DNA of 64,000 nucleotides from Pocillopora damicornis (GCF_003704095.1 NW_020846005.1:620001-684000), one strand, 5' to 3'; positions 24,901 through 38,100 are shown, numbered from the stretch's first letter. A program made the numbers and translations. Notes: generated by a model from the letters alone, not told the origin.

Positions 24901-27285
24901 GTTCTTGTTATTCCGTAGTTCAGGGTTCTAATTGTCTCACAGTCAGTCTGTTGAACTATATTTCAGGTGAGGCAAAAGTTTTCCCAGGTGTTCCAGTATA
25001 AAGCGGTAAGTTACTGTAGTCGTCTGCAGGTTGCTGGCGCTTTCATTATCATCCAGTTAAGATGATCCACTGACATAAACGCACAGAATTCTTCTTTGGG
25101 AAAAAGAATGATGTCGGGAAATTTTTACATTATTCTTAAGAGGAAAAAGAACTTAACGTACTTTCTTCCTTACTTTCGTAAACTGAAGACAATTGTGCGT
25201 GAGTTTTACTTTTAAATACGTCAGACTTGTTCAAGTAACTAGTTAATTTGCTGTCGTTGTCGTTGCAGGAATATGTACTTCAAGAGCTGTTAAGCCCTAT
25301 TGTTACACCGTTCCTTCTGTGTTTCCACTTGCGGTACAAGTCTCTGGATATTGTGGATTTCTTTAGGAATTTTACTGTTGATGTTGTTGGTGTCGGAGAT
25401 GTTTGCTCGTTTGCTCAAATGGATGTTAAGAGACATGGAAACCCAGAGGTGAATATTTGTCCATATTCTCACAGACTGGTTAACGATCTTTGATATATCT
25501 GAGAGAGTCTATTCTATTTTATTGCTTGTAAAGCTGTGCTTATTGTTTCTGTAAAATTTCAGTGGCTTACCCAGGGATTAACGGAAGCAACACAGTATGA
25601 ACAGGCCGAACATGGCAAAACGGAACTGTCGCTTGTGCAATTTTCAGTAAGTTTTTCTTGGTTTTTTTCGGGGAATGTTTTGAACGTCAATATTTGTCGT
25701 TACATTCATCAACAAACTCTGTTCCTTGATGTTGTTGTTTTGCAGATAAGGAACCCTACATGGAAGCCATCAGAGCAAGGCACTCAGTTCATTAGCACCA
25801 TTCGGGAAAACGGTTGGTGTGAAAAAAATTCGCAAGTTTCAGAATAGGTTTCAAGAAAATGACTCATGGTGTGGTGATAGTTTCCATCGATAAGAATTTG
25901 CAGAATTTATTCTAACTTTGTTCATCAAGTAACAATTTACTAGTGTGTCCGCTTCCCCTGCATACTCGCAACCCACCCACCCACCCTCCCCCCTCAGTTT
26001 GATAGGATAGAAAATGATAGAGAAGGAGGGTACAATAGAAACACTGGGTCAGGCCGTTCACATCATAAGCAAGCCAGTCAGTGGCAGTGTTTTGATTTGT
26101 TGTTCTTCAGTGTTTTATTGTTATACTAAACAGGTGTTGTAAAGTTAAACTATTTTAAATACGTAGTACTTAGTATGAAAATTCTTCTGATGTTTTCACT
26201 GCAGCGGTCCAAGAAGGTCTCAACCTGAGCTGCAGCGGTGTAATGTCGGACGCCAACTCACTTCCAGATTTAAGATCAGGCAGTGTAAGTGCTGTTTTGC
26301 TTTTGACAAATCAAGATCAAGTGTTACATCATTACGTACGTATTCATGAAGTGTTTTTTTTTCTCTCACTGTTTACACAGTTTCAAGCGCTACCATATAT
26401 GAACTCCATGACCCTCAGCGATCCGTCCCTCATTCCTCTAGGGAGTGCTGCTGTCACACCAAAACAGCAGGCCCAAGCAAGAGAAATGCTCATGAACTCT
26501 AGCATGATGTACATGCATCAGGTAAAGAGAATTTACTCGCAGATTGGTTAAAAAAAAAAAACTCTATGATTTGGTAATGACATGCTTTGAGAGTGCGTGG
26601 TGTCTTTGTGTCACTGATCCCGTTTCCTCGATGACCTCTCAACCTTAAAATTCTTTCACTTTCAAGTAAGACACTCGAATTCCCTTATACGAATTTTAGG
26701 GTGGCGTCATGTTCTGTCGCCTATAGCATGGCGATTAAAATGTACTTTAAATAAATACAGTTATGCTTATTTAACACGAATTTCTCACCTGCTTCAGCTG
26801 CGAGATCGTCAAGCTGATCAACCGCCCGGCGGGGCAGCTCGTGTTGCCTCCTTGACGTCAGCAGACAGACAACAACCGGGGACATCTGGGCAGCATTTTG
26901 CAGAAGACAGCAAAACTGAACAAATTAGGTGTGCAAACAATTGAACAAAATCAAAGTTAAATTAAGCATCACTCTTGTCTAATATACTCGAATGTATTTT
27001 GAAAACCATAATTGGCCGTAGATGAACTCGCAAGTTTGCAGCACTTTTGTGAAACAGCCAACTCACGCCGTAGCTTGAATGTATGACCCGTTAGTATGGT
27101 GAATGGTAGCGCTGTCAGTCCTATTTTTTTACTTTATTTAATAATGGATTTAAAATAAAGCGATACCGTAATAAGTAGATCAGTGTAGGCGTGCGTTTTT
27201 ACACGATTCATAAACAGTGGTTAGTTTTAATAACAGAATGGTTTGGCTCTTTTTTTTTTGCAGAGACGATGCCCACATGGTGTGA
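18949..27285 (+). CDS. ATG9: Autophagy-related protein 9 (lipid scramblase), multi-exon
   Basis: Spliced peptides match ATG9A: N-terminal YTRL, RWNHIENLDEFFIR|IYEYHRNNGF, LQWQDVQKRLIEVQ, DIHHRILRWKNY, LFWGPGSPF, WIGIANFVLSP, RHFNELDHE, DFFRNFTVDVVGVGDVCSFAQMDVKRHGNP and QAEHGKTELSL. Exon 1 is 18949-19066. Probable last exon is 27264-27285 (RDDAHMV*, cf. human C-terminal HKV); read-through of the previous exon would stop at 26944. Confidence 0.95.
19676..20252 (+). other. U12-type (minor spliceosome) AT-AC intron in ATG9
   Basis: 5' site ATATCCTTT at 19676, branch site TCCTTAAC at 20235-20242, 3' AC at 20251-20252. Splicing joins FFIR to IYEYH in frame, colinear with ATG9 homologs. Confidence 0.92.
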
Positions 27286-28047
27286 TAATGAAGGATTTTA
27301 TTAAAAGAAGAAACTGTTGATGAGCTTGAAAGTCAAGTCCTAAGGGGGGATGGATGAGGATTAAAACAAATACAAAGCTGTGAACTCCCCAGTCCATCGG
27401 GTTTTTTCTCATCCTTTATCCGATTTTTTTTGCAAATAAGGCGGTTGCGTTTATATCAGTTTGCTGCTAAGCGAACACCGTCGATTATCTTCCTACTCTT
27501 AGTGTAATCTTTGCATAATTTTCTTTGCTTTACAAGTTTGGACAATTTTACCGGTATATCGTCGAAAGGTGGTCAAAATATGTTTCATAGGTGTTTCAAA
27601 CAAATTTAATGTGTGGTGTGCACGTGTATCAGTCAGGGTTAAGTTATTTAGCGTGGTGTAAAACTGAACTGTTGTATAATTCATTTTAATCGCACGGTGG
27701 CACTCCAATGGCTATGATCGTTGTTTAATATTGTGTTAATTGGCATACCAAGCAAAATAAAGTAGTTTATTTTTTGTAAACAGTTGTGATTCTCTCTTGT
27801 ACTAGTTTGTGTATCTTACGCGCAACTCCAACTTATTATACACCTTCTAGGACACTAATTTGAGGTTTAAAGTTCAAGGCGAGTGCAAAAACTGCTTTGA
27901 ATTCACAAAATACCTCTCTGAGCAGGGTTAGTAACCTTGATTTGAAAGATACAGAAGGTGTGTCGTTTTTCAATGTTGGTTTCAATTGTAATCTGATCGT
28001 TTGGTTGAGGGAAGTCCTAACAGTGTAAAGGGAAGTAATTAGGCATT

Positions 28048-28135
28048 TGACTCTGATAGTGACTTCCGCTCAGGATGTCAAAATGTCAGTCAATATTACT
28101 GATAACAGTCCTTTCTGGAACTACTTTCGCGCGGA
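28048..28135 (+). repeat. Penelope-associated repeat with degenerate hammerhead-like motif
   Basis: tgactctgatagtgacttccgctcaggatgtcaaaatgtcagtca. Homologous to the copy at 34522; catalytic core mutated. Confidence 0.65.
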
Positions 28136-29076
28136 AATCCAACTCCATCTACTGTTAATCCTGACTTTAAAATCTCTCTGGTAAGTTTCGAAAACGCTAG
28201 CAAAGTCACCATTACAGTCAAATGAGTCCTTTGACGCTAATGATGACTTCCAAGCTGGTTCTAGACGGTGGAATGGGCATCAACATTAGTTCCGTCATGG
28301 AGGACTGGAGATGATAATTTAGTCTGCAACTTGATTTTCATCTACCATGTCCCTAAACAACCACATATTAAGAGTAGGCACTAACTTGTGACTATAGAAG
28401 GGATGTGATTGTTGAAATTGAAAAATACTGGGCCGTTTCTTCCTTCTTCTCTCTTTTCCTTTTTCCCTATTCTTCCTTTAGTTTGCTTCTAAGGCACTCA
28501 GGGTCTGAGGTTTCTGAACTTCTCTCCCTTGGATAATGTGATCATGTAAGCATACAAATAGACATACAGGAGTACAACTCATCAAAATTTTATTCCTCAA
28601 GTCACTTACGTTCCACACAAACCAAATAGACAAGCTGAGCAGGTGATCAATAGTTACTTTCTTCAGCCTTACTAGTGTGTTTCTTGGTCAGTTATATCCA
28701 CATGGGATGTCAATACATAATCTAATTTAACAAAAGTGACTTCCTTGGATTTTGCTTCCTATATGTAGAAATACTGGTATTAATGTAAATCTTTATAGCT
28801 TGGTTTTAAATACCTTCTAATTATAAAAATACAAAATTTAACTTTCATTAATGGACTTGATATGTTCTCTTAAGATTTGGCAGCTGTGAAGTTCAGGAGA
28901 ACATGACAACCATCATTTCTATTTTAAAAAAGTTCTGGTTGTATCAAAATTTCACAATTAGAACTATATTACGTCAAGATACTCTTGAGTTATCTAGGAT
29001 CCTCTAGACTTTCATCTGATTCCGTTCTATAAAATAAGCATTTTCAGGAATGTTTCCTGCCAGAAAAACAGCAGTG

Positions 29077-31990
29077 CTACATCTGAACTAATCCAGAGTT
29101 TTCATCATCATCATCCTCAACATCATGGTAAAAATCATCCTCAAGCATCTTGAGTCTTGAGTAGCCATAGTCTTCAAAGCGAATTGCTTGTCTTCTCTTC
29201 ATGCGCCTGTAAAAGTAGTTTCCAACAATTGCAGCTCCAGCCGAACAGATCAGCACAGCAATAACAACACCTGCAATCTGCTTCCCTTCCAATGAATTTT
29301 TTGCTGGAGGTGAGGTGGGATTTCCAGAAGGTGTTAATGAGCACTAAAACAAAACAATACAAAGAATGTCAACTTGGACACTTTGAGAATCTGATTATCA
29401 GAGTTCCCAGCTAACATTTTTACCAAAGTTGCCATTTTGATGACCTAAAATCATAACAAATGGTTTAATTGCACCCCTAAAGGATAAATCTCACCTTGGG
29501 ATTTGCTGTGCATGCTGGTGGCATTTTGTATAAGTTACACTTCTTCCCATCTTTTACAAAAACCCCATAACTGTTGCTCCTTGGTTTGATTCTGTAAAGA
29601 AGAATATTGTCAGTGACATGCACAATAATCACTTCACCAAGTAATCTCCAAAAACCCAACAAGACTTTTATTGATAATCATTTTAGATAACAATGGAATA
29701 AATGTAAAAACAACAAAAAAATATACCTGTGGAAGAGAAATGATTCAATAATAAATAAACAACAAAAGTATATTACTGAAAATGCAAAACCAGTGCAATT
29801 CAACATTTTGTACATGTAGCTGGTTAACATCCACATCAAAAACAGTCCATGTTGAGGTTGTGCATGTCAGCAAAGCAGAAAGCATAGTCTTAGAATCCAG
29901 CAGTCTTGTGTGCAGAGGGTTAATAGTAAAAACAAATTAGTGCAGACTGACTTATTCTTTCATCTTACTGGCTCTCATAACCTTAACATTGACTCCAACT
30001 AATATTAATACTTGTGATATAACTACACCAACCTGTAGCAATCCATGATGTTCAAAACTGACCCAACACAGCAGCCAAGGGTGTTATAAAAGTTCCCCAC
30101 ATCCTAGATGGAAAATAATGTTTGTTAATTTTAACACCCAAATTACTCATCAGTTGACAGAAATTCAGGGAGATAACTAAATTTCAATACTTTGTTTTCT
30201 CTAACATAAACAGAACCCATCAGCAAATAGTGTACCTTATGACACTGGCTCGAACACATATTTTTCTTCAAGTTTTGGGGAACATTACAAATCTGTTTGA
30301 AAATGCAGCAAAATAAGATATCAGTTTCCAGAAAGTAATTCATAAAAACTAAATGTGTATTTTTCCCTATGATATATCTAAAAAAAAATATGGTTAGACA
30401 TACGTGAAAGTTATAATTATGATCATCACATGTCATTGCAAGTGTGAACCTCAGTGAACTATTGGCACATTTCTTTGTAAACAACTCCCAGTAGTCAAAG
30501 TTTAATTGTCAAGGCAACATCTACATCTTGTAGATATTCCAGGATTCATTTTTAATTCCATTTGAAAACAACTGGCACTGAAGAATGTTTGACTATTTAC
30601 TTGTGGGTGGAGGGGGATAAAGGGGCCACAGCCCAGGAGAACAAGGAAGAGAGAGAAAGGACAGTGGGAGGGCAGGAAACAATAGTAGAAGTTGAAAAGG
30701 CAATAGTTTGTTGTTTATTAATGCTTACAACAACAACAACATTTGAGTGCATGGACAAGCCTACATTATACTAGTGTATAAATGTATCAGAGAATATGTG
30801 TAAAATATTCAAACCTTTTTGAAGAAGTTTATAAAAGATTTCGACTTGCTGAAGAAATCTGAATACCAGTAGTTTTAAAATTTGATAAAAAAAACATTGA
30901 ATTACAGTGTAACTTTCTACAAGCACTTAAACTGGACATTAAATCCCATTTTCAACTGGAATATTTATCTCAAATTTGTCTACTTTTTTAGTTGTCTACA
31001 CTTTCTTAGATTCACTGTATCTGAAATAGCAGAAAAGTAAAGTGAGTGTTCATAATTTTTTAAGGGAAAATTATTTAAATCTGTGTTACCTGGAGTGAAC
31101 TTCCTGTTTCATTCTTCAGTAGCCCATTAATGAAGTTATTAGCACATGAAGAATTTCCATCCTGCTGACAGAGAGACTTTAGAACTTCATTCACAAACAG
31201 GATGTACTTTTGGTCATCCTCCTATGCAAGATACAAACAAATCAGCAAATGTTTAGGTATGACGAAGCCACAAAACATTATTGCCCAACAAACTGATATT
31301 TAAAACTGATAACCTTCTGAGAAATTCAAAAAGAGTGTGTAAGATAAACAAGAAAAATCTTTAAAATTTTCACCTATTCTAGCCGTCTGTATTATTGGAT
31401 AAATGGTGCTACAATTTCCATATTTCATTTCAACTCCTGATCTGTGACAACCATGATACTCTCATGTGGTCAAAAGAGGCGTACGTAGCTCAAATGCAGA
31501 TATTTCCTACTTCCTTAGTCTCAGTCGACTATAACATAAATTATTGCCACCGCATTACCTTTATCATTGATTTTCCTGTCAAGATACACTTCTTAGTGAT
31601 AAGCTGCATAGTTTTCCAACAGTGATTTTTGCACAAATTTTCCACTGTAGTCTGCACTTTCCTAAGCCATGTTCTGAATTCAGGGTGTGAATTCATTGTG
31701 TAATTATGTAAACAATTATAACTGCTTCTGGGACATATGTTTGACAAATTCTGAAGCTTCTCATCGTGCAGACTCGAAGCAATCGTTCTGCAGTTTTCAT
31801 AGGCCTCTTTTTGATCTGTACAGTTGCTAAAGTCTGTTGAAGTATTCAAGATGAGATCGCTTCGAAAAATTATTCCATACGGCTCAAAAAAGAAATTGTA
31901 GATTTTCAGTTCTTCTAAAGAATACAAAGCATTTCCTGGGTTGCAGATGCAAAATTGGAAAACAAATCCCACAAAAATGAAATTCTTCAT
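29077..31990 (-). CDS. Uncharacterised Cys-rich type I membrane glycoprotein (~351 aa, 6 exons)
   Basis: Phase-consistent GT-AG exons: 31990-31559, 31221-31090, 30292-30236, 30103-30033, 29591-29495 and 29343-29077. Hydrophobic signal-like N-terminus, many Cys and NxS/T sites, P/S/T stalk, TM segment IAGVVIAVLICSAGAAIVGNYFY, basic stop-transfer residues, and a tail with YSRL and an acidic cluster. Confidence 0.85.
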
Positions 31991-32020
31991 GTTAAATAAA
32001 CAGCATATGTCCTACACAGG

Positions 32021-32151
32021 CTAAATTACGCCGTCGTCCGCCATTTTGTTTTTACGTGTCATTTAACCAGCGGTTTACCATTCAGTACCAGGTTTTCCAA
32101 GAACGTGTGCGGTGAAGATGGCGGACGAACTTACACATCTTTGCTAATAAG
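32021..32151. promoter_or_regulatory. Bidirectional promoter with two outward-facing YY1/TISU-like elements
   Basis: The divergent ATGs (31990 and 32152) are only 161 bp apart. TCGTCCGCCATTTT (32034-32047) and AAGATGGCGGACGA (32115-32128) form an inverted pair matching AANATGGCG. Confidence 0.7.
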
Positions 32152-35100
32152 ATGGAACATTTCAAAGGCAAGAGAGATATTCAGGCAAGTCTATTCCATT
32201 TGACTGTAACTTCTATCACTTTTAATTTTAATCGAGAGTTCTTTCTTTTTTCTTTTAAAATTTGTTTCCCGTATATTTTACACTCGCACAACAACTTATT
32301 TTCACCGGTTTTTCTCAAAATTATAACATCTTTAAATGATTTTAAGAGAAGTGATTTATGGCACTCTGAGATTTAGTTTCTGATTTTCCTACAGGTCCAA
32401 GGAACAAATGACCGTGCTACTCTAAGCAAGTTCTCAACCGTAACACATGGATACTATGAAGATAAGTTCTTACAGTATTTTGTCTCCAAGACTGCTAGAA
32501 GAGCACCGATTATTCATTGGTCAGTAATTGAGAGTTTTTCTTCTAACTACCTGACCTAGACTAATACAAATGATTGAATTTCAATTGATGATTAATAGGG
32601 CCTGATAGGTTCTAGGTATCAACTGTCTTTGCTCACTTGGCCAGTGGAGATAATCGCATATCGAAGTAAAAAATACATATATTTCCATGGAAGAAAGCTA
32701 ACTTGACTCCCTTGAATGGTCAATTTTTCTTGTTATTGTACATTTGTATCAAAAATTAGCTCACATGATGTAATGTGAAAATGATTGATTGGTATTGGCT
32801 AATCAATGAATGTTATGGAAAAGAAAATTAACTTTTTCCAGGATATATTGTCACAGAATACTTAAAGTGTACATATAAATTCCGGTATGTGTTCAAATGC
32901 AGGTCATATTATATAAGGGCAAAGGCAATACAGTACATGGTAAAGGGCTTTTTACAGAGCCTGAGGCTGAAAAAATGTGCATACAAACAGGTACTTGACA
33001 TGAATTACAAATGATTTTGTGAACTAAGAAAAATAAGGAATTTTGTTGATATTTGACATCAGCCCCAAAGTTAGTTGTAGTGGCAACTATACACCAAGAT
33101 AATTTTGCCTTTCTTAAGTTTTTTTTCAAAGAAGTAGCCTAATTTATTAGTTGCTTCAATAATAGCAATTATATTGATATTCTGTATTTATATATTGATA
33201 TTCATTCAGAATCTGTGGATTTATTTAAATGTAACTTACCATAAGAATGAAGCATAATGATACACTCAAAAAATATATACCCAAAATAGGTGAAATTGTC
33301 AGCAGCTGGATTGAATTAAGCAAGTAGAGAATATTTTGATTATGAGGTAGTCTTAATCTTATGGTTGTGTGTTATTCCTCTATTTTAGATTGTTTCTGTA
33401 GGGGCTGGATTTGACACACTTTTCTTCTCACTTTCCAGTGAAGCAATTCTAAAAGACACAAAATATTTTGAGGTAAATTTTTCTTCAGTATTACATAACA
33501 GATCTCTTGTTTATTGACATTTCTCAGATTTGGTAATTTTTTTTTCTGATTCATAGATTGACTTCCCAGAGGTTGCTAAACAGAAAGCTAGTTTGATTCT
33601 TCAGCACAAAGAATTATTTCAAGGAATCGGAAAAATTTTAACAGAAAATAAACAGTGGCTTGGAGGAGGTCAGTCACTGGGAATATCTCTCCTCTTTCCT
33701 TTATTATCCCTCCCTGTTTTTTCTTTTTCTTTACTTTACTCTGTCTCTCTCATATTAATGTACATTTGTGTGTACTATTCTGTCAATTTAGAGATACAAC
33801 AAGTAGTAGTCTTTTAATTGTTTGTCTGAACACCATTAGCCATGCAATTTTGTAGCAAATTACCAACTAAATACATTTTATTCATTTCTGATTTCCAGGT
33901 ATTGATGGTGAAAAATATACGCTTCTGGGATGTAACCTAAAAAATCGTTCAATGCTTGAAAATTGTCTATTGAAATGTGGACTTGACACATCACTTCCTA
34001 CTTTATTATTGTCAGAAGTTGTACTGACATATATGGACCCACCAGAGAGGTATTCTCCTGAGCTCTGTTTATGGTACATAAGTAATTTGACCGGTGAATT
34101 TTTGTAGCATCACACCAACTGAAAGCACTAGCTGTTTTGTGGACCTTAAAAATATCAGGGAGATATGATATGATATGTGTTAAATATAATTATATGGATT
34201 TTGAAAAATTAGGAAGGAAGATGATTAAAAACTCTTTATTAAGTTTAAAAGTATTAGAAGCTCAGGAAACAGACTCTGAGAGGAGGAATTTTAATTTTAC
34301 TGGAGAAGCTTCCATTCCAGTTGTTAACATAGGTGATGTACATGTGTTTGCATGCAAAAGAAGTTGACTTATCTTATTACAATGTAAGAAAACTATGAAA
34401 CTGACCAATCATGACTGACCTATGCCACTTGAGTCTTACAGCCAACAACATCACGGCAAAACTAACCAATCAGTTTATACAAACCGGACTAAGTACATTC
34501 GACTGACAGCAACCTTTCACTTGACTCTGATGATGACTTCTGCTCAGGTTGTTGAAAGGTCAGTCACCATTACCAACAATAGTCCTTCTCAGGACTACAC
34601 TCACCTGGACGATCAAATGACACTATTAAATGTTACCCCCAGGTTCAAAGCACGTACTGTAAAACTATGAATGTTGTTTTTTGTTTGGTTGGTTTGTTTT
34701 GATGAAAGGGCTGGAGGTCTTATAATTCAATGTGAGAAATGTATCTTAGTAATTTGGTAGATGTGTTATGATTATTATCTGTTATGGTTTTCTTTAATAT
34801 TGTCAAAAAGGTGGTACAAGCTTTGTTATCTCTAACAATCAAGGATGCAAAGCCAAATCACCAAATTAACCTTTTTTGGCACTTGATAAGAAATTTTCCT
34901 GACCAACATAGTTATTTTTATTATTTTTAATTTATTTCTGTTTTAGTTCCACGGCCATAATTGGATGGGCAGCAGATTTCTTTAAATCTGCCATGTTTGT
35001 AATGTTTGAGCAGGTAGGGAATGAAGTGTTTTGCATCTTTAATGCCAGCAGGGGTTGGGAAAATGTGGTAAAGGATACAGAAAGAGGAAAGCAGGGTCAT

Positions 35101-38100
35101 TATCCTGTGATCATTATAACTGTTCTGTCCTATGGATATGTCGGTACAAAAACTACACTAATGCAAGTGGTTTATTACGTAGGTATCCCCTCATGATCCC
35201 TTTGGAATAAAAATGTAAGTACTGTACATTTTTGTAACTTCTGATTTATTCTTAGCTCAATTATGTGGCAAGTGCGGCTTGTTATCTTCTATTTCCATAA
35301 GACCTAATTACTTGACATGACTGGTGGTTAAAAATAAAGCAGAAGAAGTAATTGAATTATAAACAAAAAAGTCTTTGAAGCAATTCTATGATTCTGTATC
35401 CGTCAAGATATTAGTTTCTGCATTTTAGTACATTTATGTAAGCCTCCCGGAATCTCCTCCTTTGCAAACCATATATCAAAGGATTGACAGCACAATTCGC
35501 TGCTCCCGTGAACGGCATAATAAGATAAACTTGACGAGAAAGCTTGTACTGGCCTTGAAATTTGTCGAGAAATTCAATTATAAAAGCTGGAGTCCAACAT
35601 ATTACGAAAGCGATCAGCACGGTGAAGAGAATTTTCGTGATTTTCACTTCCTCTGCGTATGATTTCTCATTGTTTACGTGGATATTTGAAGGTGCAATCT
35701 GCGAGAAATGTAGATGAACTTTGCGGAACACTTTGTAATAACAAAATGCAATGACTGGATAAGTCATGGTGATTATTACAGTGTATGGTACGATGAGAAC
35801 TGCTTGATTTTCACTGTCTTGACTCTTACAAGCGAAACACGCGCATTTTCCGGGATGGAAACAGAATCGTTGGGAAACAAATGGAACTATAAATATTCCA
35901 GAAAAGATTGCACAAAACGCGATAGAAATAAGAACTTTGCTTTTTGTGTAAAACCTCTGGTAAATAATCACGGACTGCATCATTTTTATGTAACGATTGA
36001 CCGCTATGAGTGTCATGGTTATTACTGAAAAACATGCAAAGTAGTATGTTAGACTGCCTTGAATCTGACAAATCACGTCTCCAAATGGCCATCTTCCTAG
36101 AATCACCACAATTAACCCCAGAGGAAGACAGAGAATCGTTGACAGCAAGTCTGATGCAGCCAATGCAATTATGTAGTAGTTCTGGATACGGCGGAGCGCA
36201 TAAGTTCTGTAAAATGCCAAACACAGAGTTATGTTTCCCATCAGTGCCAATATTGCGATAATGAAGGCCGAAGTTGTTTCAAAAATAACTGTCCCTATCT
36301 GTCTGTCTCTAAGTGATTCCTCAAGAATTGTTTTCCTGTCTAAAGAGATATTCATTCTGTTGAAAGTCAAAAGATTCCTTTAAAAACTTTCTTTAAGGTG
36401 CAGTGCATAATATCCAATGCCCCATTATAGTTTACTTACGGTTTTAGTGAAATTTAATGTAGCCTCTTCTCAACTTGACACTTAATTGTAAATTTTGCTA
36501 AGTTTTTAATTTAAATGTCCTTTTCATGACACCCCTATCAGACATATTTAGACACCTGTCTGGGGTTGAAATAACTTGCATACAAGCCTCTAGTCAAATC
36601 GATATATTTTAAAATGAATAAGCGTTGATTTTAAGGAGGAATTAAATGTGGCACTTCATGAATTAAATGGACCATTTCAGCTGATAGTTATTTCTGACCC
36701 ATTGATGCAAGCGTGCCTAGATAGTTGACACAATTCCGTATTTTATCAACAATTGACGGGGAATTTCTTTTTTGTTTCTATCCTGATAGAGGTGAAAAAA
36801 AAAAAAAACAAGACATGGATGGGCAATAATATACATAGCAAAAAGCCTCGTGCGAAGCGTTATGAAAGCCTGTACCGTGTAGATATTATTCCTGTCATCC
36901 GACTCGGTAAATATCCACCACTGTTCATCTCCCCTTCGGTTAATAATCGGCAATCATTATTAAGGGCTGCCATGTTTGATAAATGTTTGGTTTGTGAGAT
37001 TCTTTAATCGCCATCGATATAGCTATGGAGCGAATCTTTTAAGATGCAATTTATGATATGATTCTTTCTCACAATGTGTCAACAACGAATTTCTTATTTA
37101 GAGGTAGATTTGATAGCAAAAAAACGGTTGAAATACGGCCTTCTTTCTCAAGTTTTCATTAATTCTTTATTCAATTATTATTCAATTCAAATGGTCTTGT
37201 CTTTTACAGAGATTTAATCACCTGGTACAAAGTGATTCCCGATATCCAAGTTAAATTTGTATCGCATAAAAAATTAACTGATTTTTCCTTCGTTATCAGG
37301 ATAAACCATTTTAAAGAATCAGTTGGAGCTCCTTTGTTTGCCACAGAAGCTTTCCCAACCCGACAAAGTCAAATACAGCGATTTATGGGCGAGGTGAATT
37401 GAAAACAGACACTTTGATATTAGTTTGACGTCGTCTTTTCTTTGAGTTCATCAGTTTTTCTTTTCATTTCGCACTTTATAGGGATGGCCTTTGGTCCGAT
37501 GTCCAACATTGAATTTCTTTTATTATGATACTTTGCCTGAAGAAGAAAAAAGGCGAGTGGAAAATGTGGAGCCATTTGATGAGTTTGAGGTGAAGTTTTT
37601 AGTGAAATAAAATCGTAGTCTTACAGTGGCGCGCTATTTGCCACGTTCAATTGATTCGTTGCTGTATTTTTTATCTTCTTACTGTTTATCTATGTTTTGT
37701 AAGTCTTGAATAAACTCGAAAGAAAAACGTTTTTTTTCAGGAATGGCACCTGATGTGTTCACACTATATAGTCCTTGCTGCATTTAAGGGGATCTGTCAG
37801 GATGTTTGTGAGGAGCTGCTTTCGCAGCGGAATGGTAGGTGATTGTATAATAAGCTAACCCAAGATGCAGGTTCGGTGTCTTATTCATTACCTTAACATT
37901 TGACATTTTGTTTTTCCTCCTAATTCAGCAAAAGGGATCCATGATGACTCGTCGCTACTTGAAAATGTAAAGTGCACAGTTCGAGTTATGGACGTTGTAC
38001 CCTCGCGGGATAAACTCAAAAGGTAACAATTCTGCTTCTTTAAGTTTCTGACTTCTCTAGCAACTATTTGAGTTTTCACTTGCTTCGCGACAAATTTATA

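Noticed and set aside
25968-25995. C-rich and G-rich runs (also ~42568, ~45547, ~45955) as G-quadruplexes
   Set aside because: Simple homopolymer or microsatellite tracts common in such genomes; nothing supports a function.
31374-31531. Possible TGA-containing (selenoprotein-like) exon in the membrane-protein gene
   Set aside because: It would need an implausible ~28-nt intron and also contains TAG. Exon 1 splices cleanly to 31221 without it.
35183-35191. GTATCCCCT resembling a U12 donor
   Set aside because: It is the start of a coding exon (VSPHDPFG) after an AG acceptor and deviates from RTATCCTTT.
35411-36355. GPCR as an opsin
   Set aside because: TM7 (FTGAANCAVNPLIY) has Ala, not Lys, at the retinal-binding K296-equivalent position.
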